Made by a program: the position numbers and the translations under genes. Below are positions 8,371-16,477 of a stretch of DNA of 32,000 bases, piece after piece. The DNA is from Candidatus Altimarinota bacterium. Lineage in GTDB: Bacteria > Patescibacteriota > Gracilibacteria > UBA1369. Each line of letters opens with the position of its first letter. Within the stretch, counting starts at the first letter, position 1. The DNA is taken from assembly GCA_041659405.1 (NCBI GenBank), contig JBAZYK010000001.1, forward strand, positions 1-32,000, written 5' to 3'. The notes beneath the pieces were generated by a model. It was not told the DNA's origin. It saw only the letters and a program-made list of their open reading frames with translations, and searched no databases.

Positions 8371-9111
8371 TTATTCCGCGTCCCCTTCTTCATCGTGACG
8401 GTGGCCTTTTTTTTCGTGACGGTCCCCTTCTTCTTCATGATGGTGCCCTTTTTCTTGTGCGCCGATCATAATTACAAACTCGCCTTTGGGCTGTTTTGCT
8501 TTGAAATAAGCCAAGGCTTCTTCCGGGGTTCCGCGGAAAAATTCTTCAAACATTTTGGTAAGTTCGCGGCCGATCACAATTGTTCGTCCGCTAAAATACT
8601 GCACGCATTCGCCTAAAGTTTTTATGATGCGATGCGGTGATTCGTAAAAAACGATTGTTCTTTTTTCTTCTTGCAGCGCTTTAAAAGCCGTTTGGCGTCC
8701 TTTTTTTAAAGGCAAAAATCCAATATATAAAAACTGGTTAATCGGCAATCCCGAAGCCGAAAGAGCAGTCAAAAATGCAGATGCGCCCGGAATAGGTGTT
8801 ACCGGAATTTTGTGTTCCAGCGCAGCTTTAACCAACACATAACCAGGATCGGAAATTCCCGGAGTTCCAGCATCCGAAACCAGCGCAATGCTTTTTCCTT
8901 CACTTAAAATCGCCAAAAGTTCGTGCAATTTTCTTTCATCGCTCCACGCATGAAAACTGATTGTTGGCTTATGGATCTCGTATTTATCGAGCAGAATTTT
9001 AACGTGACGTGTATCTTCCGCCGCAATGTAATCAACCTCTTTTAAGATTCTTAAAGCGCGCAAAGTGATGTCTTCCAGATTTCCGATTGGTGTAGCTACA
9101 ATGTAAAGCAT
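8371..9111 (-). CDS. rsmI: 16S rRNA (cytidine(1402)-2'-O)-methyltransferase RsmI, with charged repeat tail
   Basis: 246 aa; 'LYIVATPIGNLEDITLRALRILKEVDYIAAEDTRHVKILLDKY', 'ALVSDAGTPGISDPGYVLV', 'PITPIPGASAFLTALSASGLP', 'YESPHRI'. Confidence 0.96.
   Translation of the reverse strand: MLYIVATPIGNLEDITLRALRILKEVDYIAAEDTRHVKILLDKYEIHKPTISFHAWSDERKLHELLAILSEGKSIALVSDAGTPGISDPGYVLVKAALEHKIPVTPIPGASAFLTALSASGLPINQFLYIGFLPLKKGRQTAFKALQEEKRTIVFYESPHRIIKTLGECVQYFSGRTIVIGRELTKMFEEFFRGTPEEALAYFKAKQPKGEFVIMIGAQEKGHHHEEEGDRHEKKGHRHDEEGDAE
8377..8456 (-). repeat. Degenerate 21-bp tandem repeat encoding the RsmI tail (EKGHHHE/EEGDRHE/KKGHRHD/EEGDAE)
   Basis: CGTGACGG / CGTGACGG / CATGATGG motifs recur at 8394, 8415 and 8436 (21-bp period). 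Confidence 0.8.
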
Positions 9112-9165
9112 GGGGATTTGTTGAGATAAAAAATGTGGCGAATTCGCCGGACAGAAGGCATTTTT

Positions 9166-9831
9166 TTAAGTAAATACCGGTTTTTTGCTTGCGGTGATAT
9201 TTGGTTTTTGCAAATAATTTGGTTTAACCATTTTGTGTTTTGGACTCTTTGCCAGCAATTCAATTATCGCTTTACCAAAGCTTTTTTCAGCATTTTGTGG
9301 TAGCAATTTCAGTTTTGCCGTTTTCAGGATTTTCTGAATTTCTGCTTGTTGTTCCTTCTTAAAATCCAGCAGGGCGTATTGTAAACCTTTTTCATGATTT
9401 AACCATAATCCAAGTTCTTCTCGACTTATTATTTTTGGCGCTTTTAAGCCTTTTTTCATCACGGCCACCTGTCCCCCGCCGGCACTAATTATAATCGCAG
9501 TTTTGTTTTTTGCAGATAGACTGATTTTGGCCTGCAGCAAATCAAAAGTCGTGCAGGATTTCATTGGAACGTTTAATCCAAATCCCAAAGCGTTTCCAAT
9601 AGTTACGCCGACTCTTAAACCGGTAAAAGAGCCTGGACCGCTCACTACAAAGAGCATTCCAACATCTTTATAATTAAGTCCGCTCTTTTTTAAAATCCCC
9701 CTAATTGCCGAAGGGATTTTTTCAGCTTCATTTTTATTGGAAATCCAGGACTTTTCCGCAAGCACTTTCCGGTTTTTAATCAGCGCTATTTCCGTTTTGT
9801 TGGTCGCGCTGTTTATTCCTAAAACTATCAT
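9166..9831 (-). CDS. tsaB: tRNA threonylcarbamoyladenosine biosynthesis protein TsaB
   Basis: 221 aa; 'MIVLGINSATNKTEIALIKNRKVLAEKSW', 'VVSGPGSFTGLRVGVTIGNALGFGLNVPMKSCTTFDLL'. Confidence 0.92.
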   Translation of the reverse strand: MIVLGINSATNKTEIALIKNRKVLAEKSWISNKNEAEKIPSAIRGILKKSGLNYKDVGMLFVVSGPGSFTGLRVGVTIGNALGFGLNVPMKSCTTFDLLQAKISLSAKNKTAIIISAGGGQVAVMKKGLKAPKIISREELGLWLNHEKGLQYALLDFKKEQQAEIQKILKTAKLKLLPQNAEKSFGKAIIELLAKSPKHKMVKPNYLQKPNITASKKPVFT

Positions 9832-9846
9832 TGAAAAATAAAAATG

Positions 9847-9875
9847 GAGCTCGCTCCGCTTGCACTTCGTGCGCG
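9847..9875. repeat. Dispersed short palindromic element, short variant
   Basis: gagctcgctccgcttgcacttcgtgcgcg; shares the GAGCTCGCT and GCACTTCGTGCG cores with 13749-13790 and 16554-16595. Confidence 0.55.
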
Positions 9876-9961
9876 ATCGCCCCGATTATATTGCATTACC
9901 CCAAAGTTTCAAAATGGAACTATTCCCGTTTGTATTTCGTCGTGCCGCCCATATCGGGCAT

Positions 9962-10249
9962 CTATTTTCTTTTTCTATTCTTTTGTGACATTTTAGTTCT
10001 TTTGCGCTGAAGACTTAAAATTGACCTCTGTAAGTGGTTAATCAGCTCACCGATTTCCTCGCCCCCCTGCTTTTCGCCTCTTTTGATGTAGTCCTGCAGC
10101 TTAACAACTGCAAAATGAATGATTTTTTGATCAGCATTTTGCTGGGTTTCAATTTTCCTCATGAAAAATTGTCGCAGGCCTATCTTGGGAGTTTTTTTGG
10201 GTTCTTTTGAACCCTTTTCGTCTGTTTCGCTGGGGATAAGCTTAAGCAT
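9962..10249 (-). CDS. Hypothetical small highly charged protein
   Basis: 95-aa ORF, Lys/Arg/Glu/Gln-rich, directly downstream (same strand) of the amidase/SpoIID gene; no family recognised. Confidence 0.5.
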   Translation of the reverse strand: MLKLIPSETDEKGSKEPKKTPKIGLRQFFMRKIETQQNADQKIIHFAVVKLQDYIKRGEKQGGEEIGELINHLQRSILSLQRKRTKMSQKNRKRK

Positions 10250-10261
10250 AATTTTTTGTTT

Positions 10262-13200
10262 TTAATAGATTTTTTGAATATCTACACCCTGGTAATAATA
10301 TTTAATGATCTCCTGATATGTTTTTCCGGCTTTAGCCATACCAAGTGATCCACAGCCACTTAAACCAACACCATGGCCAGCCATTGCCTTGCCGGCGCAA
10401 TATGGGTCCGTAACGCTCGTAAGATAAGGAGTGTCTTTCCAACCCCAAACCTCTTCGGCGCTGCGGGTTCGTCCATCATCAGAACTGAAATAAGGTGTTT
10501 TAATGACTTTGCCTTGATAAGTAACAACCATTCCGGCTGTATCGTTAACCGCTTTTACCGTGTTTGACTGGTTCTTTTCGTAACTGTAGCCCATATATTT
10601 TTGGGAAGTCTGAGGATCATCGGTTAAATTAAATGGCGCCCCCGGGAATTTTTGAGCAACTTTGATGTAATACAAAGCGTAACTTCTGGAAATAATCAGA
10701 ATTGTTTTAATTTTCTCAATTGGCTCAGAGTCGTTAATTTCGCCTGTTCCCTTCAGGTAATCTTCAAGTGGAAGTTCATTGATTGTATGAAGTTCCTTGT
10801 TATATAAATGTACTTCCAGAATTCCTTTAAATTCATTGTTATTAACCGAAGTATTCCAGGGATTTCGGCGATCAAAATTATCAATTCTTAAAATTGCACC
10901 ATTTGTAGAATAAAATCTTGGAGGTGTGGTAACCGTTAAGTTAATCTGATTGCCTTTAATGTAGTAATTATTTTGATCGGCCGTGACTGAAACCTTTTCA
11001 TTGGCCTGAAATGTGGCAAGATCTTCTGTTCCGTTTTGTAGAGCAAAAGGCCCATTTGCGGAAATAATCGCCGGACTGCCACGGAAGCTTAAATCAATTC
11101 TAATATTTGGATTGGAAATTTGTGAAATAGTTGGAGCCGTAACAGGTTGAGGATTAAGCGTTGGCGCAGATTGAACCGGCGTTTGTACAGTTGGCTGTAC
11201 AGGTGTTTGTCCCGCGCTGCTGGAAGTTTGTTTTTGAATTTGAAGACCAAAATAGAAAGGTCGTGGCAATAAATTATTTTTCCCAATTTTCGGCATGATA
11301 TTTAGTGGATAAGTGCCTTCAGCTGCAGGCCCCTGCATGGTTATGTCAATGGTTGCGACTTGTCCCGGATCAACCTTGTCTTCTTCCATGTGCGTATCCA
11401 CAATGTTGATGTTTTTTGGGTTACTGATGCTAAATTCCATCTTGTTATCGCCTGTCTTATTCCAGGTTGTACCACCAAGATTTTGGATTTTAAACCACAT
11501 CATTTTCTGTTCGCCCGGCAAAACCTGACGGCTGCCAATCATATCAACGGGATTTGCGGCAAATTCTTTTTGATAAACATAAAGTTTGAAACTGTTTTTT
11601 TTGTTAGCAAACCAGGTTATTCCCTCCATCAGCGGAGTAAAATATTCCTGATAAAGTCCTTCCGACTTTGGTGCTTTTATTTGAAATGTAAAATGGCCGA
11701 TTTCACCCGGCTTCACCTGATTTTCCGTAAGATTTGCCAGACGATTACTTGGCTTAACAAGGAGTTTATTAACATGATCACGTTTATTATCTGCGCCTAA
11801 AACTAATTTATTTTTACCGGTTTTTTCCCAGGTAATATTGCCGGTATTTTTTAATGTAACGGTCGCATTTGTAACCACACCTTTCTTTAAAAACGGCTTA
11901 TCAAGAACAATACTCTGCATTTCGTAATCATAAATCGGTGGTGTTACTTGCGCCGGAACACGAAGATATTTTTCAACTTTAATCGAGCCATTAATAATTG
12001 GAGCAAATTCCACATTGATGATTCCGGGGACATAATTTGACTGCATCCGGATCTGGAATGCGGCCGTATCACCCACTTTTATTTCATGATCAATCGCATT
12101 GGATTTTATATTGTCGGCCGATTTGAAAAAAGTTCCGGTGGTTTCATCAGAACTCAAAACCAAAAACGTTCCTATCCCCCAAGAAGTTGGTCCATTATTT
12201 TTTAAAGAAATATTGATTGTTTTGTTTTCATCCGGTCCAAATTGTAAAAATGGAACCGTATTTGCCAAACTATAATCGTATAGTTTATTTGCGGCTAACT
12301 CCGGCCATTTATTAATAATTTTTGGAGCAGTGTCCATTTTGGCTGACAAGCGAATTTGCGGAAATTTATCATATAATTTCTGGCCGGGACATGTTGTAGA
12401 CATAACGTTTCTGTGACCTAAAACGTTAGCCATATTTTCCCCTCTAAACATGGAACTGCCGGTAGGATCAATGTTGTACTCCTGGCTTTTTGCCTTAACA
12501 AACGCCGTTAATGATGTTGTGACCGCATCGGGAACATCGTTTGCATCGTAATTACCAAGTACCGCTATGCCAATCGAACCATTGTTGGCGTTTCCGGCAT
12601 GAGCAGCGATCACACTACCTCCACCGGCACGACCTTCGTAAATATTGCCTTGTGGGTCAACAATGTAGTTATAACCAATATCGCCCCAACCTCTACTAAT
12701 GGCATGCCAATAATAAATATCACGAATGGCCTGCATTGGATTATCCAGGTTTTTGGTTGTGGCGGTGTGATGAATAATTATTTTAGAAACTTTTTCGGGA
12801 TACTGCTGCGGCCAGGTTAAAAAGTTTCCGTTTGAATCTTTATCAATAGTTTTTACAACTTTAAGTTCACTGGCAAATTTTTGTATATAATCCGAAGTCG
12901 TTTTTACTATTTGGGCACCGGGATTACTTGATTTATAAACACGAAGACTTTCATCCGCGCCCCACTGCGAACGGGAAATAATTTTTAAACCGTTTGGATC
13001 GGCAAAAGTTGTTGCCGCTGCAATAAATGATGAATTTACCGATGCAGCAAACGCAGTTTTTGAGCTCGCTTTGCTTGTGGTAGAAATAGGCACTTTGCGC
13101 GTGTTTGAATCGTTCTTATATAAGGGAGTGATATTTATCACTTGGCCTTCTTGATTGAGGTTGCCCGTGTTGGCGGACTGATTATGTATATAGGTAAACT

Positions 13201-13615
13201 TCATGTTATCAACGGCTGGCATCGATTTTGCGTCCATTCCGGAAAGAGCTACCTTATATTGAAAAGTATCGGTTGAATTCATTGGCAAAAAGGCTTCCGG
13301 ATTTGCTGAATCCGCCTCATTAACACCATCAATATCAGGTTGAATCAAATACCATTGGCCCCACTGATTTTGATTTTGCAATCTTACATAAACTGCAACA
13401 CTCGCTCCTGTTGGAATATTTTGATGCCAACTGATGCCAAGTGCCGTAAAAGGCGTTGGGGCTTTTTGAACTTCAGAAATAAAGTCAGAAGTTTGGGGAT
13501 TAACGGTTTCCGGGTAATTGGCTTTTAAACTCTGTAATGGTGAAGAAAAAATACCAAGCACCAAAGCTCCGCTGATCAACTTTTTCAAAACAATTTTTAA
13601 GATACTGCTTTTCAT
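10262..13615 (-). CDS. Secreted PGRP/N-acetylmuramoyl-L-alanine amidase domain + Ig-like domains + SpoIID-like domain protein
   Basis: 1117 aa; signal-like N-terminus; 'LKIISRSQWGADE...VSKIIIHHTATTKN...IYYWHAISRGWGDIGYNYIVDPQGNIYEGRAGG...VLGHRNVMSTTCPG'; middle repeats 'LKNTGNITWEKTG', 'IQNLGGTTWNKTG', 'LKNNGPTSWGIG'; C-terminal 'LPLEDYLKGTGEINDSEPIEKIKTILIISRSYALYYI...GMVVTYQGKVIKTPYFSSDDGRTRSAEEVWG...MAGHGVGLSGCGSLGMAKAGKTYQEIIKYYYQGV' (SpoIID-like). Confidence 0.92.
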   Translation of the reverse strand: MKSSILKIVLKKLISGALVLGIFSSPLQSLKANYPETVNPQTSDFISEVQKAPTPFTALGISWHQNIPTGASVAVYVRLQNQNQWGQWYLIQPDIDGVNEADSANPEAFLPMNSTDTFQYKVALSGMDAKSMPAVDNMKFTYIHNQSANTGNLNQEGQVINITPLYKNDSNTRKVPISTTSKASSKTAFAASVNSSFIAAATTFADPNGLKIISRSQWGADESLRVYKSSNPGAQIVKTTSDYIQKFASELKVVKTIDKDSNGNFLTWPQQYPEKVSKIIIHHTATTKNLDNPMQAIRDIYYWHAISRGWGDIGYNYIVDPQGNIYEGRAGGGSVIAAHAGNANNGSIGIAVLGNYDANDVPDAVTTSLTAFVKAKSQEYNIDPTGSSMFRGENMANVLGHRNVMSTTCPGQKLYDKFPQIRLSAKMDTAPKIINKWPELAANKLYDYSLANTVPFLQFGPDENKTINISLKNNGPTSWGIGTFLVLSSDETTGTFFKSADNIKSNAIDHEIKVGDTAAFQIRMQSNYVPGIINVEFAPIINGSIKVEKYLRVPAQVTPPIYDYEMQSIVLDKPFLKKGVVTNATVTLKNTGNITWEKTGKNKLVLGADNKRDHVNKLLVKPSNRLANLTENQVKPGEIGHFTFQIKAPKSEGLYQEYFTPLMEGITWFANKKNSFKLYVYQKEFAANPVDMIGSRQVLPGEQKMMWFKIQNLGGTTWNKTGDNKMEFSISNPKNINIVDTHMEEDKVDPGQVATIDITMQGPAAEGTYPLNIMPKIGKNNLLPRPFYFGLQIQKQTSSSAGQTPVQPTVQTPVQSAPTLNPQPVTAPTISQISNPNIRIDLSFRGSPAIISANGPFALQNGTEDLATFQANEKVSVTADQNNYYIKGNQINLTVTTPPRFYSTNGAILRIDNFDRRNPWNTSVNNNEFKGILEVHLYNKELHTINELPLEDYLKGTGEINDSEPIEKIKTILIISRSYALYYIKVAQKFPGAPFNLTDDPQTSQKYMGYSYEKNQSNTVKAVNDTAGMVVTYQGKVIKTPYFSSDDGRTRSAEEVWGWKDTPYLTSVTDPYCAGKAMAGHGVGLSGCGSLGMAKAGKTYQEIIKYYYQGVDIQKIY

Positions 13616-13748
13616 GGGCTGTAGATTTATATTACAAAATTATATCATTTTCTACCTTTTTCTACAACAAATAAGGCTGATTATAAAGCCTAAAGAGCTC
13701 CCCCCTTTAGATATTTATGGTGTAGTAACCTTTGGCTTTTAGGGAGTT

Positions 13749-13790
13749 GAGCTCGCTACGCTCGCGGTGGATATAGGCACTTCGTGCGTG
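13749..13790 (+). repeat. Dispersed short palindromic element, intergenic copy
   Basis: gagctcgctacgctcgcggtggatataggcacttcgtgcgtg; 35/42 identical to 16554-16595 by eye; contains GCAC-ttc-GTGC hairpin. Confidence 0.75.
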
Positions 13791-13874
13791 TTAGTTAAAA
13801 AAATTCTTGCCTTTCTTGTTTATTTTTACTAATATTAGGGCACTTATCAGGGATTTTGCTTTTATTTTTGGTTC

Positions 13875-15179
13875 TTGAAAGGTGTCCTATCGGAGGACTT
13901 TTCTCCGGTTTCATTTATGGCCTTAAGTTATAATCTCAAATATAAGAAATTGAACTTTTTTCATAAAGTTCTGCTGGAAAAAGAGGGCGAAATCATCTTG
14001 AATCGTCAATATTTCCGTTTAAAAGGAAAAGGTGCCGGTGATCAGGGTGAAACCATTTATTTTGCCGATATTAAAGAAATGAGTGTGGACGATGATTATC
14101 TGGAGTTCACCACATTTCGCAAAGAACGTTATGCTTTAAGCAATTTTTCCAATCTTTTTGATTCTTTTATAAAAGATTTTTTTAAAGTGCGAAATGATTT
14201 TTTGGCCGAAGCTTTGCTGATGAAAGTTGGGATGCTGTACCAGGAATATGATGGCCAGGTTGAAATTGTGAATCGTTTTGGGAAATTTATTAATCGTGGA
14301 ATGTGCCGTATTCAGTTTTACGAAAGCAGCATTGTGGTAATACCGGAAAAGCATGACTGTTTTGTGATTTATTTAAATTTCCTAAAAAATCATGAACTGG
14401 ATGAAGACGAATATGTTTTAAAACTTTATCTGGATACCGGCAGCATCATCCAGTTTTCCAAGCTTGGGACCATGCTGGAAGATGCGCAGGAAACTTTGGA
14501 ATCGTTGATGGGTAAAATGTATGAAAAAATTGTTAATCATCTGAAAGAAATTTTGCCGGAGTTTGATCCTGTGACTCTATTAAAGCTGGCTTATCAGTTT
14601 AAAGATGGGAAATGTGTGAGTTTTCAAGTGATCAAAAAACTCCATGAAGATTTACCAAAAAAAATTGAGGCTTTGTTATTTGAAAAATTATCACCGGCAA
14701 TGAAAGAAAAAGCCGCCATGTTAAAAAGCCTGGCGGGAGATCCACAGTTTTATGCCGGTTTAAGCTTTCAGACCAGACCGGATACGCGTGATTTACAGAT
14801 GAAATTGTGGTTTTTGGCTGCTCTGCCTGAAAAGAACATCCTGGCTTTAAGTAGCGGCAATCTTAACGAAGAAAATGTTTATTTTTTCAGAATAGTAATG
14901 GAAGAAGGCATTGTGGAGGAAAAATTGCAGGATAAAATTCTGGAATTGAATCAAAGTTTATTTTTATCCCGCTTTGATTTTGGGATCCTTTATAAGGACA
15001 AACATGATTTAAAGAAGACAAAATTCAAAACCGCTTTAAGAAAGCTCGTTTTTTTAAGAATTTTAAGGAAATCATTTATCGGAAAGAGTTCCGCCGTTGA
15101 CCTTAAAGATTTTAAAAAAGATTTGGACAAATATTTTATAATCGCAAAGCTGCAACAGAAGACTTTAGCGCTAAGATAA
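13875..15179 (+). CDS. Conserved-looking hypothetical protein
   Basis: 434-aa ORF (TTG start as given; an ATG at 13917 is more likely) with normal coding character; no family recognised. Confidence 0.75.
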   Translation: MKGVLSEDFSPVSFMALSYNLKYKKLNFFHKVLLEKEGEIILNRQYFRLKGKGAGDQGETIYFADIKEMSVDDDYLEFTTFRKERYALSNFSNLFDSFIKDFFKVRNDFLAEALLMKVGMLYQEYDGQVEIVNRFGKFINRGMCRIQFYESSIVVIPEKHDCFVIYLNFLKNHELDEDEYVLKLYLDTGSIIQFSKLGTMLEDAQETLESLMGKMYEKIVNHLKEILPEFDPVTLLKLAYQFKDGKCVSFQVIKKLHEDLPKKIEALLFEKLSPAMKEKAAMLKSLAGDPQFYAGLSFQTRPDTRDLQMKLWFLAALPEKNILALSSGNLNEENVYFFRIVMEEGIVEEKLQDKILELNQSLFLSRFDFGILYKDKHDLKKTKFKTALRKLVFLRILRKSFIGKSSAVDLKDFKKDLDKYFIIAKLQQKTLALR

Positions 15180-15267
15180 GCCATTCCCTCAGGGCTATAA
15201 TTTCATTTGGTTTTTAATAAAAAGAGGCCTACAATTCGACTTGGATTTATCTCTTTATTTTTTAAAT

Positions 15268-15588
15268 ATGGCTGAATTTACATTTACAGATGCTAACTTC
15301 GAAGCGGAAGTTATGAAGGCCAAAGGTTTGGTTCTGGTGGATTTCTTTGCGGTTTGGTGCGGTCCATGCAAAATGATGGCACCTGCTATCGAAAAACTTG
15401 CGGAGGCCTATAAAGGTAAGGTGAAAATCGGAAAAATGGATGTTGATGAAAATCAGGCGGTAAGCGGTCATTTTGAAATTCAAAGCATTCCGACTTTAAT
15501 TTTCTTTCAAGATGGCGCAATGGTGGAAAAGCTGGTTGGATTCCAAAGTGAAGAAGCTTTAAAGCAAAAAATTGAAGCCTTGCTTTAA
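15268..15588 (+). CDS. trxA: Thioredoxin
   Basis: 'VLVDFFAVWCGPCKMMAPAIEKLAEAYKGKVKIGKMDVDEN...FEIQSIPTLIFFQDGAMVEKLVG'; internal ATG at 15268 is preferred over the ORF start at 15241. Confidence 0.95.
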   Translation: MAEFTFTDANFEAEVMKAKGLVLVDFFAVWCGPCKMMAPAIEKLAEAYKGKVKIGKMDVDENQAVSGHFEIQSIPTLIFFQDGAMVEKLVGFQSEEALKQKIEALL

Positions 15589-16073
15589 AATAATGTTGAT
15601 TGGGGATCTTCTTTTTCTTTTTTAAGAATATTTTCCCCGGTTGGTTTTTTCTTTGAAGCTTTGAGTGATTCAGACTGGGCATGCTTGTCGCATTCGTTAT
15701 TCCATTTATTTTTGGCGTGACCCTTAACCCAAATATAGTTTACATCAAGCCCTTCCGCCAGCTCGTCCAACTCTTCCCATAAATCTTTATTGGCTTTTCT
15801 TTTCCACCCCTGATTGAGTGATTGAATTATAAGATTTGAATCCGAATATAAATTTATTTCCGAATTTTGTAATTTATTTTCGACAATAAATTTTAATGCT
15901 TCAATTACCGCGAGCATTTCCATTCTGTTATTTGTTGTAAAAATTTCGCTTCCTTTTAAAATTTTAAAAGGCACACTCGATTTTTTTTCCAAAATAATTG
16001 CGCACCAACCACCCGGACCGGGATTGCCCCTGCAGCTTCCATCAGCGAAAATTTCAATGTCTTGTAGTTTCAT
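15585..16073 (-). CDS. rnhA: Ribonuclease HI
   Basis: 'IEIFADGSCRGNPGPGGWCAIIL...NNRMEMLAVIEAL...INLYSDSNLIIQSLNQGWKRKANKDLWEEL...YIWVKGHAKNKWNNECDKHA'; ATG at 16073 preferred over ORF start at 16343. Confidence 0.95.
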   Translation of the reverse strand: MKLQDIEIFADGSCRGNPGPGGWCAIILEKKSSVPFKILKGSEIFTTNNRMEMLAVIEALKFIVENKLQNSEINLYSDSNLIIQSLNQGWKRKANKDLWEELDELAEGLDVNYIWVKGHAKNKWNNECDKHAQSESLKASKKKPTGENILKKEKEDPQSTLF

Positions 16074-16287
16074 ATAATTTTTAAAAATCAGGTGAAGCAT
16101 AATTGATAAATATTTTTTTGTGAAATGAATTTTATAAATATTTTTTTGAGTGATGAAAATAAATTTTATTTTTTGGAAAATTTTTATTATTTTTTGTGCG
16201 AATAACTTTACTTTTAAAATGGAATTTGTTAAATTTGATTCGTCATTGTTCTTATTAAGAACATTATTTTTTAACCCTTTCTCTTCC

Positions 16288-16401
16288 ATGGCGATGAAGA
16301 AAAAGCCTACCAAAAAAGCTCCAGCTAAAAAAGGCAAGAGCAAGGTAGCAAAGAAGGCTGTAAAAAAGACAGCAAAAAAGGTTGCAAAGAAAAGAAAATA
16401 A
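16288..16401 (+). CDS. Small Lys/Ala-rich histone-H1-like protein
   Basis: 'MAMKKKPTKKAPAKKGKSKVAKKAVKKTAKKVAKKRK'; repeated AKK/VKK motifs; a terminator-like hairpin follows. Confidence 0.65.
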   Translation: MAMKKKPTKKAPAKKGKSKVAKKAVKKTAKKVAKKRK

Positions 16402-16423
16402 TCTCTCTTTGCTCAAAAGGCTC

Positions 16424-16448
16424 CGCTAAAAACGGGGTCTTTTTTTTA
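16424..16448 (+). terminator. Rho-independent terminator after the histone-like gene
   Basis: AGGCTCCG-ctaaaaa-CGGGGTCT followed by TTTTTTTT. Confidence 0.75.
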
Positions 16449-16477
16449 TTTCTTGTTCTTTTTTTTCAAAACGTGAG

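Noticed and set aside
8320-8616. Plus-strand ORF of Phe/Val-rich repeats (FFRVPFFIVTVAFFFVTVPFFFM)
   Set aside because: Antisense to the RsmI 21-bp repeat region; the repetitive hydrophobic protein is explained by the complement of the His/Glu/Lys codons.
11360-11800. 146-aa plus-strand ORF (and neighbours 11313-11528, 12599-12820, 13340-13528)
   Set aside because: Antisense to the strongly supported 1117-aa amidase/SpoIID gene.
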